A stretch of DNA of 64,000 nucleotides from an uncultured Planctomycetales bacterium (GCA_964584805.1 CAZPAY010000007.1:8117-72116), one strand, 5' to 3'; shown: positions 1 through 10,158, counted from the stretch's first letter. The notes: a model not told the origin generated them from the sequence alone. Made by a program: numbers and translations.

Positions 1-702
1 AAAAGCAGCGCCTAATTCAGCGCCCTTTTCGACCACAAGTTTTTGCAAGTCAACCAAGGTCGACAACTTAAGCGGGTTAGCTTCGTGATTTGGGAAAGTG
101 CCATCAAGCTCGTAAAACAAGCCCTCGTGCTCAACCTCAGGCATCGAACCTAAAACTGCTGGGAAAGTATGCGCCGCCATGCCGTTAGCCGCATCGGAAA
201 CAATCTTGACCGGGCGAGCTAAGTCAGCCCACTTTTTCACATGCACAACATAATCAGCAAGCGTGTCGACCTGCGTCAATGACCCTGGCTCAGCGACCGG
301 CTCGGGGCACTCATCAGCCGTAGCCAACACTTCGATTTCTTTGATGCCATTATCTGCCGAAATCGGCTTAGCTTCTTCTTCGCACAACTTAAAGCCGATG
401 TACTGCTTCGGGTTGTGGCTCGCCGTGACATTTAAACCACCAGCCGCGCCAAGATGCCCAATCGCAAAATACAACTGAGGTGTAGCGGTCAAACCCACAT
501 CAATCACATCAAGACCGCCATCAAGGATGCCGCGGATGCACTCGGCCTGGGCTTCGGGTGCCATGGTACGCATATCGCGCCCCACCACAATCGGGCCCTC
601 GCCCAAGAAGTCAGCGTAAGCGCGCCCAATCCGGTAAGAAAGTTGGGCGTCAATTTGGTCGGGCCAAGTGCCGCGAATGTCGTATGCCTTAAAAACGGAC
701 AT
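1..702 (-). CDS. Phosphomannomutase/phosphoglucomutase (5' part; runs off the window start)
   Basis: Not in the ORF track. Manual translation from the ATG at 702 gives MSVFKAYDIRG...VVGRDMR...VTASHNP (phosphoserine loop) and later SDAANGMA, which are alpha-D-phosphohexomutase signatures. Confidence 0.93.
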   Translation of the reverse strand, partial: MSVFKAYDIRGTWPDQIDAQLSYRIGRAYADFLGEGPIVVGRDMRTMAPEAQAECIRGILDGGLDVIDVGLTATPQLYFAIGHLGAAGGLNVTASHNPKQYIGFKLCEEEAKPISADNGIKEIEVLATADECPEPVAEPGSLTQVDTLADYVVHVKKWADLARPVKIVSDAANGMAAHTFPAVLGSMPEVEHEGLFYELDGTFPNHEANPLKLSTLVDLQKLVVEKGAELGAAF

Positions 703-722
703 GATTCTTTTTGAGTGAAGGC

Positions 723-1775
723 CTAAGCCTGAGACAGAATGATTTGAAGTGCACCAATCGCATGGTCAGCGTCGGCGTCAGTGATGTGACGATGCGTCAC
801 AAAGCGCAGTAAACGATCCCCCATGGCAATCGCGAACACACCCTCATCAGCAAGTGCGGCCTCAATCATCGGTGCATCAAGTTCGGGGTGCGTGACTTCT
901 AAAAACAAGATGTTGGTGTCAACGGTTGGTTGCGCCAACTTGACGCCGTCAAGGCCCAAGAGCAAACCCACCATACGGCGACATCGGGCGTTGTCTTCGC
1001 CCAGGACATCCCAAGTTTCGTCGAGTGCGACGAGCCCACACGCGGCGAGATAACCGGCTTGGCGCATGCCGCCTCCCATCCATTTACGCACATGTTTCGC
1101 ACGCTCGATAAAAGCGCCATCGCCCAAAAGCACAGAACCAACCGGGCAGCTCAAACCTTTCGAAAGCGAGATCATGAGTGAATCACAAGTCGCGCCATAA
1201 ACCGCCATATCGATGCCCGTTTCAATTTGCGCTTGGAACAAACGCGCGCCGTCCATGTGCACGGGGACGCCATGATGCGCCGCCATGCCGTGGACTTCTT
1301 CCAAATACTCAAGGGGCAAAATCGCGCCGCCGGCCATCAGGTGAGTTTGCTCTGTGCAGACCAAACCCGTGCGCGGCATATGCACGCTCGGTGGGCGAAA
1401 AGAGCGCGCCAAATGCCCAAAGGAGAACATCCCGCCGTCGCCCTGAATCGTGCGGACATGCGCGCCCGCGATGCGGCTCAAGCCGCCACCTTCGTATTGA
1501 TAGATGTGGGCGTTTGCCTCAACAATGACTTCTTCGCCCGGGACGATATGGGCCGCAACCGCGCACTGATTTGCCATCGTGCCCGACGGCAGAAAAATCG
1601 CCGCCTCTTTCCCAAACAACTCGCACAACTTGCGCTCGAGCTGCTGCACCGTTGGGTCATCGCCCAACACATCGTCGCCGACATGGGCCGACTGCATCGC
1701 ATCAAGCATGCGCGCAGTCGGCTTGGTCACCGTATCAGAACGAAAGTCGGCGACATGTTTAGCCACTAGAGACAA
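723..1775 (-). CDS. ltaE: Low-specificity L-threonine aldolase (PLP-dependent)
   Basis: Motifs DFRSDTVTKP, GDDVLGDDP, PSGTMAN, HMDGAR, SKGL, GGGMRQAG. The true start may be the GTG at 1766, overlapping the upstream stop. Confidence 0.93.
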   Translation of the reverse strand: MSLVAKHVADFRSDTVTKPTARMLDAMQSAHVGDDVLGDDPTVQQLERKLCELFGKEAAIFLPSGTMANQCAVAAHIVPGEEVIVEANAHIYQYEGGGLSRIAGAHVRTIQGDGGMFSFGHLARSFRPPSVHMPRTGLVCTEQTHLMAGGAILPLEYLEEVHGMAAHHGVPVHMDGARLFQAQIETGIDMAVYGATCDSLMISLSKGLSCPVGSVLLGDGAFIERAKHVRKWMGGGMRQAGYLAACGLVALDETWDVLGEDNARCRRMVGLLLGLDGVKLAQPTVDTNILFLEVTHPELDAPMIEAALADEGVFAIAMGDRLLRFVTHRHITDADADHAIGALQIILSQA

Positions 1776-2956
1776 CCCTCAATGACTTTGCGGACGCGAC
1801 GCATGCCCTCGTCGATCGTCTCAATCGATGCGGCGAAACTAAAGCGCAGGAAGCCTTCGCCGTATTCGCCGAATGCCGTGCCGCTCAAGCAAGCCACACC
1901 ACCCTCGACCAAAATCTTTTCTTGCAACTCTTTCGAAGACATGCCTGGGACATCCACTTTGGGGAAGACATAAAAAGCGCCCTTAGGCAAATGGCAAGTC
2001 ACGCCAGGCATGTCGTTGAGCAAGTCAACAATGTGCGTGCGGCGCTCATCAAATGCGGCGAGCATCGTATCGACATCATCTTGTGGGCCAGTCAAAGCTT
2101 CCATCCCGGCGCGCTGATTGAAGCTAGCCGTGCAGGAATTGGAATTGACCATCAACTTAGAAATCTGCGCGCAAAGATCGGCGCGCATCACGCCGTAGCC
2201 CATGCGCCAGCCAGTCATCGCGTAAGTCTTCGACCAACCATCGAGCAAGATGCAGCGGTCGCGGATTTCAGGGTCGCTCATGGGGCTGACATGCTCGCAG
2301 CCATCGTAGAGCAGGCGGCTGTAAATCTCATCGGTCAAGATCCAGACATCTGGGTATTGCTTAAGCACCTCGATGACCTTATCGAGCTCTTCTTTTGGAG
2401 TGTAGCCACCGGTTGGGTTGGCGGGCGAATTCAGAATCACCAACTTAGTTTTGTCGGTGATGCGCGAAATCACATCTTGCGGATCGAGTGCAAATTCGTT
2501 TTCAAAACGAATCGGGCAAGCTACCGGAGTCGCGCCCGAAAATGAAATCATCGACTCATAAATCGGGAAGCCTGGGTTTGGGTAAATCACCTCGTCCCCC
2601 CCCTCGCAAAGTGCGAGCAAAACATAAAACATGATGGGCTTGCCGCCGGGCACGATGCAAACCTCATCACCGCTCACCTCAATGCCGCGCATGCCGCCAA
2701 CATAATCGGCCACACATTGACGCGCATCAGGTTGACCCGCTGCTGGGCCATAGTGGGTCCAGCCGTCGTCGATTGCCTTTTTCGCGGCTTCGCGAATATT
2801 GACGGGAGTATCAAAATCAGGCTCACCAATCTCAAGGTGGACGATGTCGCGACCTTCAGCCTCAAGGGCTTTGGCGCGTGCGAGTACTTCAAAAGCAGTC
2901 TCAGTACCGAGGCGACCCATGCGGGCTGCCATGTTCAATTCAGGAAGGGATGTCAT
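1766..2956 (-). CDS. Class I/II PLP-dependent aminotransferase (aspartate aminotransferase-like)
   Basis: Motifs IGEPDF, NSPANPTG, DEIY, SKTYAMTGWRMG. Start trimmed to MTSLPEL (2956). Confidence 0.92.
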   Translation of the reverse strand: MTSLPELNMAARMGRLGTETAFEVLARAKALEAEGRDIVHLEIGEPDFDTPVNIREAAKKAIDDGWTHYGPAAGQPDARQCVADYVGGMRGIEVSGDEVCIVPGGKPIMFYVLLALCEGGDEVIYPNPGFPIYESMISFSGATPVACPIRFENEFALDPQDVISRITDKTKLVILNSPANPTGGYTPKEELDKVIEVLKQYPDVWILTDEIYSRLLYDGCEHVSPMSDPEIRDRCILLDGWSKTYAMTGWRMGYGVMRADLCAQISKLMVNSNSCTASFNQRAGMEALTGPQDDVDTMLAAFDERRTHIVDLLNDMPGVTCHLPKGAFYVFPKVDVPGMSSKELQEKILVEGGVACLSGTAFGEYGEGFLRFSFAASIETIDEGMRRVRKVIEGCL

Positions 2957-3036
2957 TGTTCTAACCAAAAAAGCCAACACGCGCGGGGCGCTTGGGGGGA
3001 ATGTGGCGGACGCACAGTTTAAGATAGCCCCCTGCA

Positions 3037-4617
3037 ATGGCACACCACTCCAATCGATGCTTTTCCGCGACTGTTCTCGCAGTCGCGCTCACACTTTTTG
3101 CTTGTAATAAACCGACTACTGAGCCCGTCCCCAAAATCGATACAGCCCTGCCTGCCACCGAAAGTGAGCCCGCGACGCAGGCCACAGCCGCAAGCCCAAA
3201 TGTCGTGATTTTCTTGGTGGACACACTCCGCGCAGACCATGTAAGCATCTACGGCTATGGCAAGCCGACCACCCCAAACATCGACGCCTTTGCCAAAAAA
3301 TCCGCGGTGTTTCGCCGTGCCTGGGCAAACGCGCCTAAAACTTCGCCATCTCACGCGAGTTTGTTTTCGTCAACCTACCCGCGCGTACACGGGGTATGGA
3401 ATCGGATGATTCTCCCCAGTGGCGAGGCCATCTTCCCGAGCCTTTCCAAGAAAAACACGACGATGGCCGAAGCATTTGAGTTGGCTGGCTATCAAACCGC
3501 TGCCATTGCTGACGGCGGCAATGTCACCGATGGCCGTGGTTTTGACCAGGGCTTTCAAACTTGGGATTCTCGATGGAAGGGCGCGAAAAATCGCGTCGAC
3601 ACGGCCATTGACTGGATCGAAGATGCCCGCAAGACCGACGACCCGTTTTTCCTTTTCTTGCACACTTATCAGGTGCATACCCCCTACTTGCCTGACCCCG
3701 AATTCGTCGCTGAGTTTGCCGACCCGACCTACAACGGCCCACTTAAAAAGGCATACGAAGATGCCTATGCGTTTTATCAAAACGCAGAAAGCGACCCTGA
3801 CTTTCAAAAGCGCGCTCCCGGCAAGAGTCAAATCCGTACCATCCAACAGCGCTTCTATCGCGACCACATCCCGCAAGAAGGGCGCCCGAACGATGCTGAC
3901 TTGGCTTACCTCATCGCCCTTTATGACGCTGAGATTCGCATGGTCGACCGTGAGTTTGCGCGGCTCATGCAATATCTTGAGCGCGCGGGTCTAGACGAGA
4001 ATACAGTCATCGTTTTAACTTCCGATCACGGTGAAGAATTCTGGGAGCACGGGGAATACGGCCACCACCAAGCTTATGACGAGACACTGCATGTGCCACT
4101 CATCCTTCATGCACCTGGCCAAGAGCAAGGCTTCCCTCGCCAGGAAAATGTGCAATTGTTCGATTTGATGCCGACCCTGCTCGATTACTGTGGGCTCGAC
4201 ATCCCTGAATCGGTGCAAGGCCACAAAATTGATTTCACGATTGGCGCCCACCCGCTCGGAGACCCCTATGAATGCATCGCCGAGGCGAATTGGCCGGTCA
4301 AGCAGTTGTCGTATCGCCAAGGGAGGCGCAAGGCCATGCTCTTCCCCGATAGCAACCGCGCCGCTGAGGTGTACTTGCTAGCGACCGACAAGGAAGAGCA
4401 AACCAATGCACTCCATCACGAAAACCAAATGATGGCCGCCGCGAGTAAAAAGTTTTTGCGCCGCGTCCAAGACGCACTCGCCTCGTGGGACGAGGGCTGT
4501 CAAACGCTGGTTGAAAAATATGACTTGGCGCCAGGCATCCGCAACCTCAACGCCCTGACACCTGAAGTCAAAGCTGAGTTGAGTGAGCTTGGCTACGGCG
4601 AGGGTCTAGATGAATAG
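3037..4617 (+). CDS. Secreted/lipoprotein sulfatase-like hydrolase (alkaline phosphatase superfamily)
   Basis: Lipobox-like LFAC; PNVVIFLVDTLRADH, HTPY, SDHGE, HVPLI, C-terminal LSELGY. The active-site motif reads T-S-P-S-H. Confidence 0.88.
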   Translation: MAHHSNRCFSATVLAVALTLFACNKPTTEPVPKIDTALPATESEPATQATAASPNVVIFLVDTLRADHVSIYGYGKPTTPNIDAFAKKSAVFRRAWANAPKTSPSHASLFSSTYPRVHGVWNRMILPSGEAIFPSLSKKNTTMAEAFELAGYQTAAIADGGNVTDGRGFDQGFQTWDSRWKGAKNRVDTAIDWIEDARKTDDPFFLFLHTYQVHTPYLPDPEFVAEFADPTYNGPLKKAYEDAYAFYQNAESDPDFQKRAPGKSQIRTIQQRFYRDHIPQEGRPNDADLAYLIALYDAEIRMVDREFARLMQYLERAGLDENTVIVLTSDHGEEFWEHGEYGHHQAYDETLHVPLILHAPGQEQGFPRQENVQLFDLMPTLLDYCGLDIPESVQGHKIDFTIGAHPLGDPYECIAEANWPVKQLSYRQGRRKAMLFPDSNRAAEVYLLATDKEEQTNALHHENQMMAAASKKFLRRVQDALASWDEGCQTLVEKYDLAPGIRNLNALTPEVKAELSELGYGEGLDE

Positions 4618-4692
4618 TTTGTTTCCCTTTCGTAACAAATGAGGTGGCTTGTGCCGGCCAATCGCAGGCACACTAATTGCTACGCTGAGGGC

Positions 4693-5694
4693 ATGAAGAA
4701 TGTCCTCCTCCCTCTGCTTCTGCTCACCGGCCTCACTTCATGCGGACGCGCGCCCGACTTGGTGGTTTACTGCTCGCTCGACCAAGTGCATAGCGAGAAA
4801 ATTCTCAAGATGTTTGAAGACCGCACCGGTCTTGAGGTTATGGGCGCTTGGGATGTCGAGCGCAACAAAACGGTGGGTTTAGTCAATCGTTTGCTCGCCG
4901 AGCGCAATCACCCCCGAGCGGATGTTTATTGGAATAATGAAATCGCCCACACCATTCGCTTGAAAAAAGCGGGGTTAACCCAAGCGTATGCTAGCCCATC
5001 TGCCGTCGGAATCCCTGCGGGCTTCAAAGACCCCGAGCATCACTGGGTGGGGTTCGCCGCCCGTGCGCGTGTGTTTCTGCAGCGCACCGATAAGGCCATC
5101 GATTTGCCGCCGCGCATTTACGACATGGCCGAACCGCGATACGCCGCACATGGCGCGATGGCTGCGCCGCTCACCGGCACAACTTTGACCCATTTTTCTG
5201 CCTTGAGTTTGAGTGACTCCGCCGAGCATGTTTTGACTTGGCTCGACAAGGCCGAGGCTTCCGAGCTCAAAATTGGCGCGGGTAATGCCGATGTCATGCG
5301 CCGCACTTGTGAAGGCGATGTGGATTGGTGCCTCACCGACACCGATGACGCTGCCGCGGCTCGTCGCAACGGCCACCCTGTTGAAGTGGTCTTTCCCGAT
5401 CAACAAGATGGCGGTGTAGGTGCTCTACTTATCCCCAACACGGTTTGCATGATTGCGGATGCGCCCCACCCTGATGCGGCCCAACAGTTCATTGATTTCG
5501 TTTTGTCCGCTGAGGTCGAGGCCGCACTCGCCGCATCCGACTCCGAGCAAATCCCCCTGCGCCCCGGCGTGACAGCACCCGACTATGTCAAATTGCCTGA
5601 GCGCGACTTTCGCGTACAAGCCGTTGACTGGGCGGCCGTCGCCGACGAGCTCGATGCGCGCTTTCCCGACTTTCAAAAGAAGTTTGTGAAGTAA
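4693..5694 (+). CDS. Fe3+-type ABC transporter substrate-binding lipoprotein (FbpA/AfuA-like)
   Basis: Lipobox LTSC; LVVYCSLDQ, PRADVYWNNE, LTDTDDA, IPNTV, AQQFIDFVLS. Lies upstream of a permease and an ATPase. Confidence 0.82.
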   Translation: MKNVLLPLLLLTGLTSCGRAPDLVVYCSLDQVHSEKILKMFEDRTGLEVMGAWDVERNKTVGLVNRLLAERNHPRADVYWNNEIAHTIRLKKAGLTQAYASPSAVGIPAGFKDPEHHWVGFAARARVFLQRTDKAIDLPPRIYDMAEPRYAAHGAMAAPLTGTTLTHFSALSLSDSAEHVLTWLDKAEASELKIGAGNADVMRRTCEGDVDWCLTDTDDAAAARRNGHPVEVVFPDQQDGGVGALLIPNTVCMIADAPHPDAAQQFIDFVLSAEVEAALAASDSEQIPLRPGVTAPDYVKLPERDFRVQAVDWAAVADELDARFPDFQKKFVK

Positions 5695-5725
5695 AATCAG
5701 CCGCCCCGCAAGTTATCCTAACCAA

Positions 5726-7321
5726 GTGATTTTCCACACCGGTCGTTCCGCAAACCCTTGGCGCATGCTTGCGCTCGTGGCTTTTGCGACCGCCGCGTTT
5801 TGGCCGCTCGCGCCTTTATTGCAAACACTGGTTTCCCCTACGGAGTGGGCTTCCATTCTTGAGCCGCGCCTCGCCAGCCTCTTCGGCCGCACCCTATGGA
5901 TGTCAGGAACTTCCGGGCTCCTTGCACTTTCGCTCGGTTGGCCCGCGGCCGTTTTGGCAAGTCGCTTGCGTTTGCCTGGTTTAGGCTGGGTGCTTTTTGT
6001 TTTGCCTTTACCGCTATTGCTGCCCCCGCTTTTGATTGCACAAGCTTGGCATGGTCTCACCGGCATAGACGGCCCCTGGGCAAGCGTTTGGTCACTTGGG
6101 GTAGCGTATGCCCCCTTGAGTGCGCTTTTTGCCGTGCGCGCTTTGCGCCATCAACAAGCGAGTGCACATGAATCGGCTTTGCTCATTGCCGGCCCGCGAT
6201 TTGCAATCTCTGAGATGTTCCGCATCTCGGCACCCGCCGCAATTTTAGGCGCAGTTTTGGCGGCGGTTTTTGCATCCACTGATTTCGCTGTGCCGGATTA
6301 TTTTGCATCCCTAGGTGATAAATTTTCCGTCTACCCCGCTGAGGTTTTCAATCACTGGCGCTCCTACCAAGGTGATCCCGCAACCTTAGAAGCCGGTGCA
6401 GCCGTGGCGGCCCCACTGGTGGCCGTATCCGCACTCGTGCTTTACTTGGCGTTTACCTTGCGCGACAAAGCAGGTGCATTAGAAAGCAACAGCTCACGGC
6501 TCGCTCGCTCGGTCGCGCCCGGCATACTTGCTTGGCCACTTGCTGGCATTTTGATTGGCATCATGACGCTGCTTTTCTTTCTACCCCTTGGGCGCATTCT
6601 TTTTGAAACGGGTGCTGCAGGCCCCGAGGCTACCGGCACATGGACTGCACGCTCGGCAGATGCTTTCCAAGACGCCATCGCCCGTGGGCGGAATGACCTC
6701 GGCAACTCCCTTTCGCTGGGCGCACTTTCCGCCGGTTTTGCTTTACTCGTTGCACCCCTCCTCGCGCATTTCTGGCTGCAACTCACTCAAGGCCCAAGCA
6801 AAGCTCACAAATACGCTGCACGACTTTTCGGCACCCTCATCGCACTGCCACTCCTCGCGCCCTCCGTCGGCACTGGCTTGGGTGCCATCCTCGCCTTTAA
6901 CCAACCCGGATGGGAGCGTTTTTACGACAGTCTCTTTATGCCGGGGTTGGTCTTGGGCGGTCGCTATTTGCCGATTGCCGTTTTCATCCTTGCCGAGCGT
7001 ATGGCCCGCGTGCCGAATTCTCGCGTTGAGAGTGCTGCCCTAACCGGCATGCCTTATCTTTATCGTTTGCTTTATGTCCGCCTTGCGACTTGCCGCGGCG
7101 CTTGGCTTTTGGGTGCGGGTTTGGTTGCGGTTTTTGCGATTCGTGAGCTTGACCTTGCGGTCTTGCTGCCTGCCGCCAACGCATCAGCAGCGGTGCGTTA
7201 TTACAACGCCTTGCATTTTGCGCGTGACAATTTTGTCGCGGCATTTGGTTTGATGATTGCATTCCTTTTGTTTTTACCCGTTGCGCTCCACGCACTGCTC
7301 CACAAGCCTGATTCGAAATAG
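5726..7321 (+). CDS. ABC transporter permease with two TM modules (FbpB-like)
   Basis: Multiple hydrophobic segments, two EAA-like loops (HESALLIAG, VESAALTG) and a DFAVP motif. Confidence 0.82.
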   Translation: MIFHTGRSANPWRMLALVAFATAAFWPLAPLLQTLVSPTEWASILEPRLASLFGRTLWMSGTSGLLALSLGWPAAVLASRLRLPGLGWVLFVLPLPLLLPPLLIAQAWHGLTGIDGPWASVWSLGVAYAPLSALFAVRALRHQQASAHESALLIAGPRFAISEMFRISAPAAILGAVLAAVFASTDFAVPDYFASLGDKFSVYPAEVFNHWRSYQGDPATLEAGAAVAAPLVAVSALVLYLAFTLRDKAGALESNSSRLARSVAPGILAWPLAGILIGIMTLLFFLPLGRILFETGAAGPEATGTWTARSADAFQDAIARGRNDLGNSLSLGALSAGFALLVAPLLAHFWLQLTQGPSKAHKYAARLFGTLIALPLLAPSVGTGLGAILAFNQPGWERFYDSLFMPGLVLGGRYLPIAVFILAERMARVPNSRVESAALTGMPYLYRLLYVRLATCRGAWLLGAGLVAVFAIRELDLAVLLPAANASAAVRYYNALHFARDNFVAAFGLMIAFLLFLPVALHALLHKPDSK

Positions 7322-7981
7322 ATGACTGCCTCGCTTCAAATTAAAAACATCACGCGCACTCTCGGCGACAAACGAGTCCTCGACGGCCTTGACCTTCAAC
7401 TTACAGCAGGCGCACGAATTGCTTTACGCGGGCCATCCGGCGCGGGCAAAACGACTTTGTTGCGCATCCTTGCTGGCCTAGAGTCAGCTGATTCAGGCAC
7501 GGTACATCTTGATGAGCAACTTGCAACCGACGGCAAGCGCATCTGCCTTGCGCCTTGGAAGCGCGGCGTGCAAATGGTTTTTCAAGATCTCGGTTTGTGG
7601 CCAACGCGCACGGTTTTGAAAAATGTATCCGACGCTTTGCGCGCCGCAGGTCGTTCGCGTGATTTGGCGGAATCCAGTGCGCGCACCATGCTCGATCGTT
7701 TGGGCATTTTAGATTTGGCCGAGCGCAAGCCATCCACGCTGTCCGGAGGAGAAGCCCGACGCTTAGCCTTTGCTCGTGCGCTTGCTCTTGAGCCCAAAAT
7801 TCTTTTGCTCGACGAACCCTTTGCGAGTCTCGACCCCGCGGCGCGTCAACAGAGTCAAGAGCTCTTACAAGAAATCCTGACCCACACGCAAGCCACGGTC
7901 ATCTTGGTCACACACGATGCCGATGAGGCCAAAATGCTAGGCGGCCAAATCATGCATCTCGAAAACGGAAAACTTGCATGA
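7322..7981 (+). CDS. ABC transporter ATP-binding protein (FbpC-like, short)
   Basis: Walker A GPSGAGKT, signature LSGGE, Walker B LLLDEP, H-loop VTHD. Confidence 0.93.
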   Translation: MTASLQIKNITRTLGDKRVLDGLDLQLTAGARIALRGPSGAGKTTLLRILAGLESADSGTVHLDEQLATDGKRICLAPWKRGVQMVFQDLGLWPTRTVLKNVSDALRAAGRSRDLAESSARTMLDRLGILDLAERKPSTLSGGEARRLAFARALALEPKILLLDEPFASLDPAARQQSQELLQEILTHTQATVILVTHDADEAKMLGGQIMHLENGKLA

Positions 7982-10158
7982 AAAAGCTCTTCGCGCTCCT
8001 CTTCGCGATTGGTGGCGTTGCCGTCTTGGTGGCCATCCTGATGCCGCCAACCGCCCCCTTAACATCCGAAGCCGCTGGCCCGATGTTTACCGCCGAGCAA
8101 TGCGCCGAGTGCCACGCCGTTGTTGCCACTGAGTGGGCCGAGTCGCATCACGCGCTGGCTTATGAAAACCCCGAGGTGCGCCGACTCAGTCAAGAGTATC
8201 GCAATCAAGAGTGCATCGCCTGTCATGCACCACAGCCCGTCTTGAATTTCGAACCCGCAGCGCGCGTTTTGGCTCGCGTCACTTCTCGCACGGACGGCGT
8301 CAGTTGTCTTTCTTGCCATATGACCTCAACCGGGCAAATGGCTACCGCCAATCCTAAACCGCAAAGCAACGCACCTTGCCGCCCGGTTTTTGAGCCGCGC
8401 ATGAGCGATGTGAATCATTGCGCCGCTTGCCATAACCAACACAAGACTGTGGTGCAATGGGCGTCGACCGCTGATGCTGACCTGCGTGGAGAGAATTGCC
8501 TACACTGCCACATGACCGACGCCTGGCGTGCGGGTGGGCGCAAGGGTCGCAACCATGGTTTCCCCGCGGCGCACAATGCCGAAGCGCTTCAAAAAGCAGT
8601 CACGCTGAGTGCGCACCAAACCTCTGAGGGTCAAACTCAAATTGCAATCGCCAACACGGGCTGCGCGCACAACTTCCCCACCGACGAGCGCTCGCGCGCG
8701 GCTGATATTCAGGTGCGCTGGCAAACGGGCGACACTTGGGGTGCGTGGCAGCGCGTCCATCGCATGCGCGACCCTTATCGCGACGAAGTCAGCCTAACGA
8801 ACACACAGCTACAAGCTGGAGAAACGCGCATTTTCGCCGTTGAGCGACCCGCCAATGCAACCACAGGCCAAGCGCGATTGCTCTATCGCACGCAACCTTT
8901 CTTGCCCGATGCCGACAGTTTCGAAATCGCGCGCATATCGCTTAACGATCTCAATGAGCGCAATCTAGCCGTTTCCACCGATGTCACCGCGCCTGACAAT
9001 ACAGGCAACGAAATGACCGAGGCGGCGCCTTACACCTCACCCGACGAGGCGCAACTCAACCAAGCCGCCGACTGGATTGATGCGATTTTAATGGGCGGGC
9101 GTGTAGCCGCCAGCGCAACGGCTGAATTGGACGCACTCCCCCACGCTACCACTTCTGAAATCTTGCTCACCATCGGCGAGCGCTGGCGCGACTATCCCAC
9201 AGATTTGCGCCGCGAGGCCTACCGCCAGCTCATCCCGCGCGTAGATGCTTCGGCGCTACCTCGGCTAACCCTGCGACTAAAATACGAAAAGGACTGGGTC
9301 TCGAATGTTTACCTTGCTGAATCGCTCTATCAACTTGGCAGTTGGCAAGGGATGGCCGCCCTTTACAACATCTTGTCAACCGCCGATGAAGGCGATGCGC
9401 AAGTCAAGGAAGCACGCAATGCAGCGGGTGCATTCTTGGCGCGCCTGCCCGAAGCACCTCTTGATTTTTCCGCTCAATGGAGCAAGTTAGGTGATGACAT
9501 CCAAAACTGGAATGCCTACCGCAATCCGGGCTACACTCAGCTTGAACCGGATTTACGCGCATCTCTTGTGCGACTTTGCACTAATTTTGCATCTCAACCT
9601 TTACGCCCCGTTGATGATGCACGCGCGATTTGGTCTGGCCTGCCCGCCCGTTGTTACCCCGTTTTACTTGAACATCTCGCCGCTGACGATACCTATGTGC
9701 GGAATCATGTTTTGCAAACGATGGCCTGGATAGGGCCACCACTCGCACGGTGGATGTCAAGCAACCAGATGAGTCTCACGAATACCCTCGCGCCATCGCT
9801 GCAAGACGAAAGCACCCGCGTAAGAGCACTGGAAACTCTTGGCGCTTGCGGTGCGGGCTCACCTGCGTTTTCCGCATCTTGCGCAATACTATCTCTAGAG
9901 TGGCTAGCATCCACCAACCCTGAGGTCGCCACGGCCGCCGCCGACAGCCTTTTACAAACAGCACTCGGCCCTCAACGAGCGGGTCTGCAAGCATACTGGG
10001 CAATGCCCCCGGCCACACTCGGCCCCGAAGCGCTTTATTCGCTTTGGCTCTTACGCGTGCAACTCGAAGGCCCTGAGGCTGCAGGCACTGCACCGCTACA
10101 AGGCCTCGCGCCATCCGAAAAAGCGCGGCGCGACCGTTGGGCTACTCACCAGCCCTAG
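7978..10158 (+). CDS. Pentaheme c-type cytochrome (c554/c552-like) fused to a C-terminal alpha-helical HEAT-like domain
   Basis: N-terminal signal/TM segment; five CxxCH motifs (CAECH, CIACH, CLSCH, CAACH, CLHCH); AHNFPT motif. The C-terminal ~390 aa has HEAT-like segments (LADDTYVRNHVLQTM, LQDESTRVRALETLG, STNPEVATAAADSL). Confidence 0.82.
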   Translation: MKKLFALLFAIGGVAVLVAILMPPTAPLTSEAAGPMFTAEQCAECHAVVATEWAESHHALAYENPEVRRLSQEYRNQECIACHAPQPVLNFEPAARVLARVTSRTDGVSCLSCHMTSTGQMATANPKPQSNAPCRPVFEPRMSDVNHCAACHNQHKTVVQWASTADADLRGENCLHCHMTDAWRAGGRKGRNHGFPAAHNAEALQKAVTLSAHQTSEGQTQIAIANTGCAHNFPTDERSRAADIQVRWQTGDTWGAWQRVHRMRDPYRDEVSLTNTQLQAGETRIFAVERPANATTGQARLLYRTQPFLPDADSFEIARISLNDLNERNLAVSTDVTAPDNTGNEMTEAAPYTSPDEAQLNQAADWIDAILMGGRVAASATAELDALPHATTSEILLTIGERWRDYPTDLRREAYRQLIPRVDASALPRLTLRLKYEKDWVSNVYLAESLYQLGSWQGMAALYNILSTADEGDAQVKEARNAAGAFLARLPEAPLDFSAQWSKLGDDIQNWNAYRNPGYTQLEPDLRASLVRLCTNFASQPLRPVDDARAIWSGLPARCYPVLLEHLAADDTYVRNHVLQTMAWIGPPLARWMSSNQMSLTNTLAPSLQDESTRVRALETLGACGAGSPAFSASCAILSLEWLASTNPEVATAAADSLLQTALGPQRAGLQAYWAMPPATLGPEALYSLWLLRVQLEGPEAAGTAPLQGLAPSEKARRDRWATHQP

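Noticed and set aside
263-714. Plus-strand ORFs 263..478 and 454..714
   Set aside because: They are antisense shadows of the PMM/PGM gene on the minus strand.
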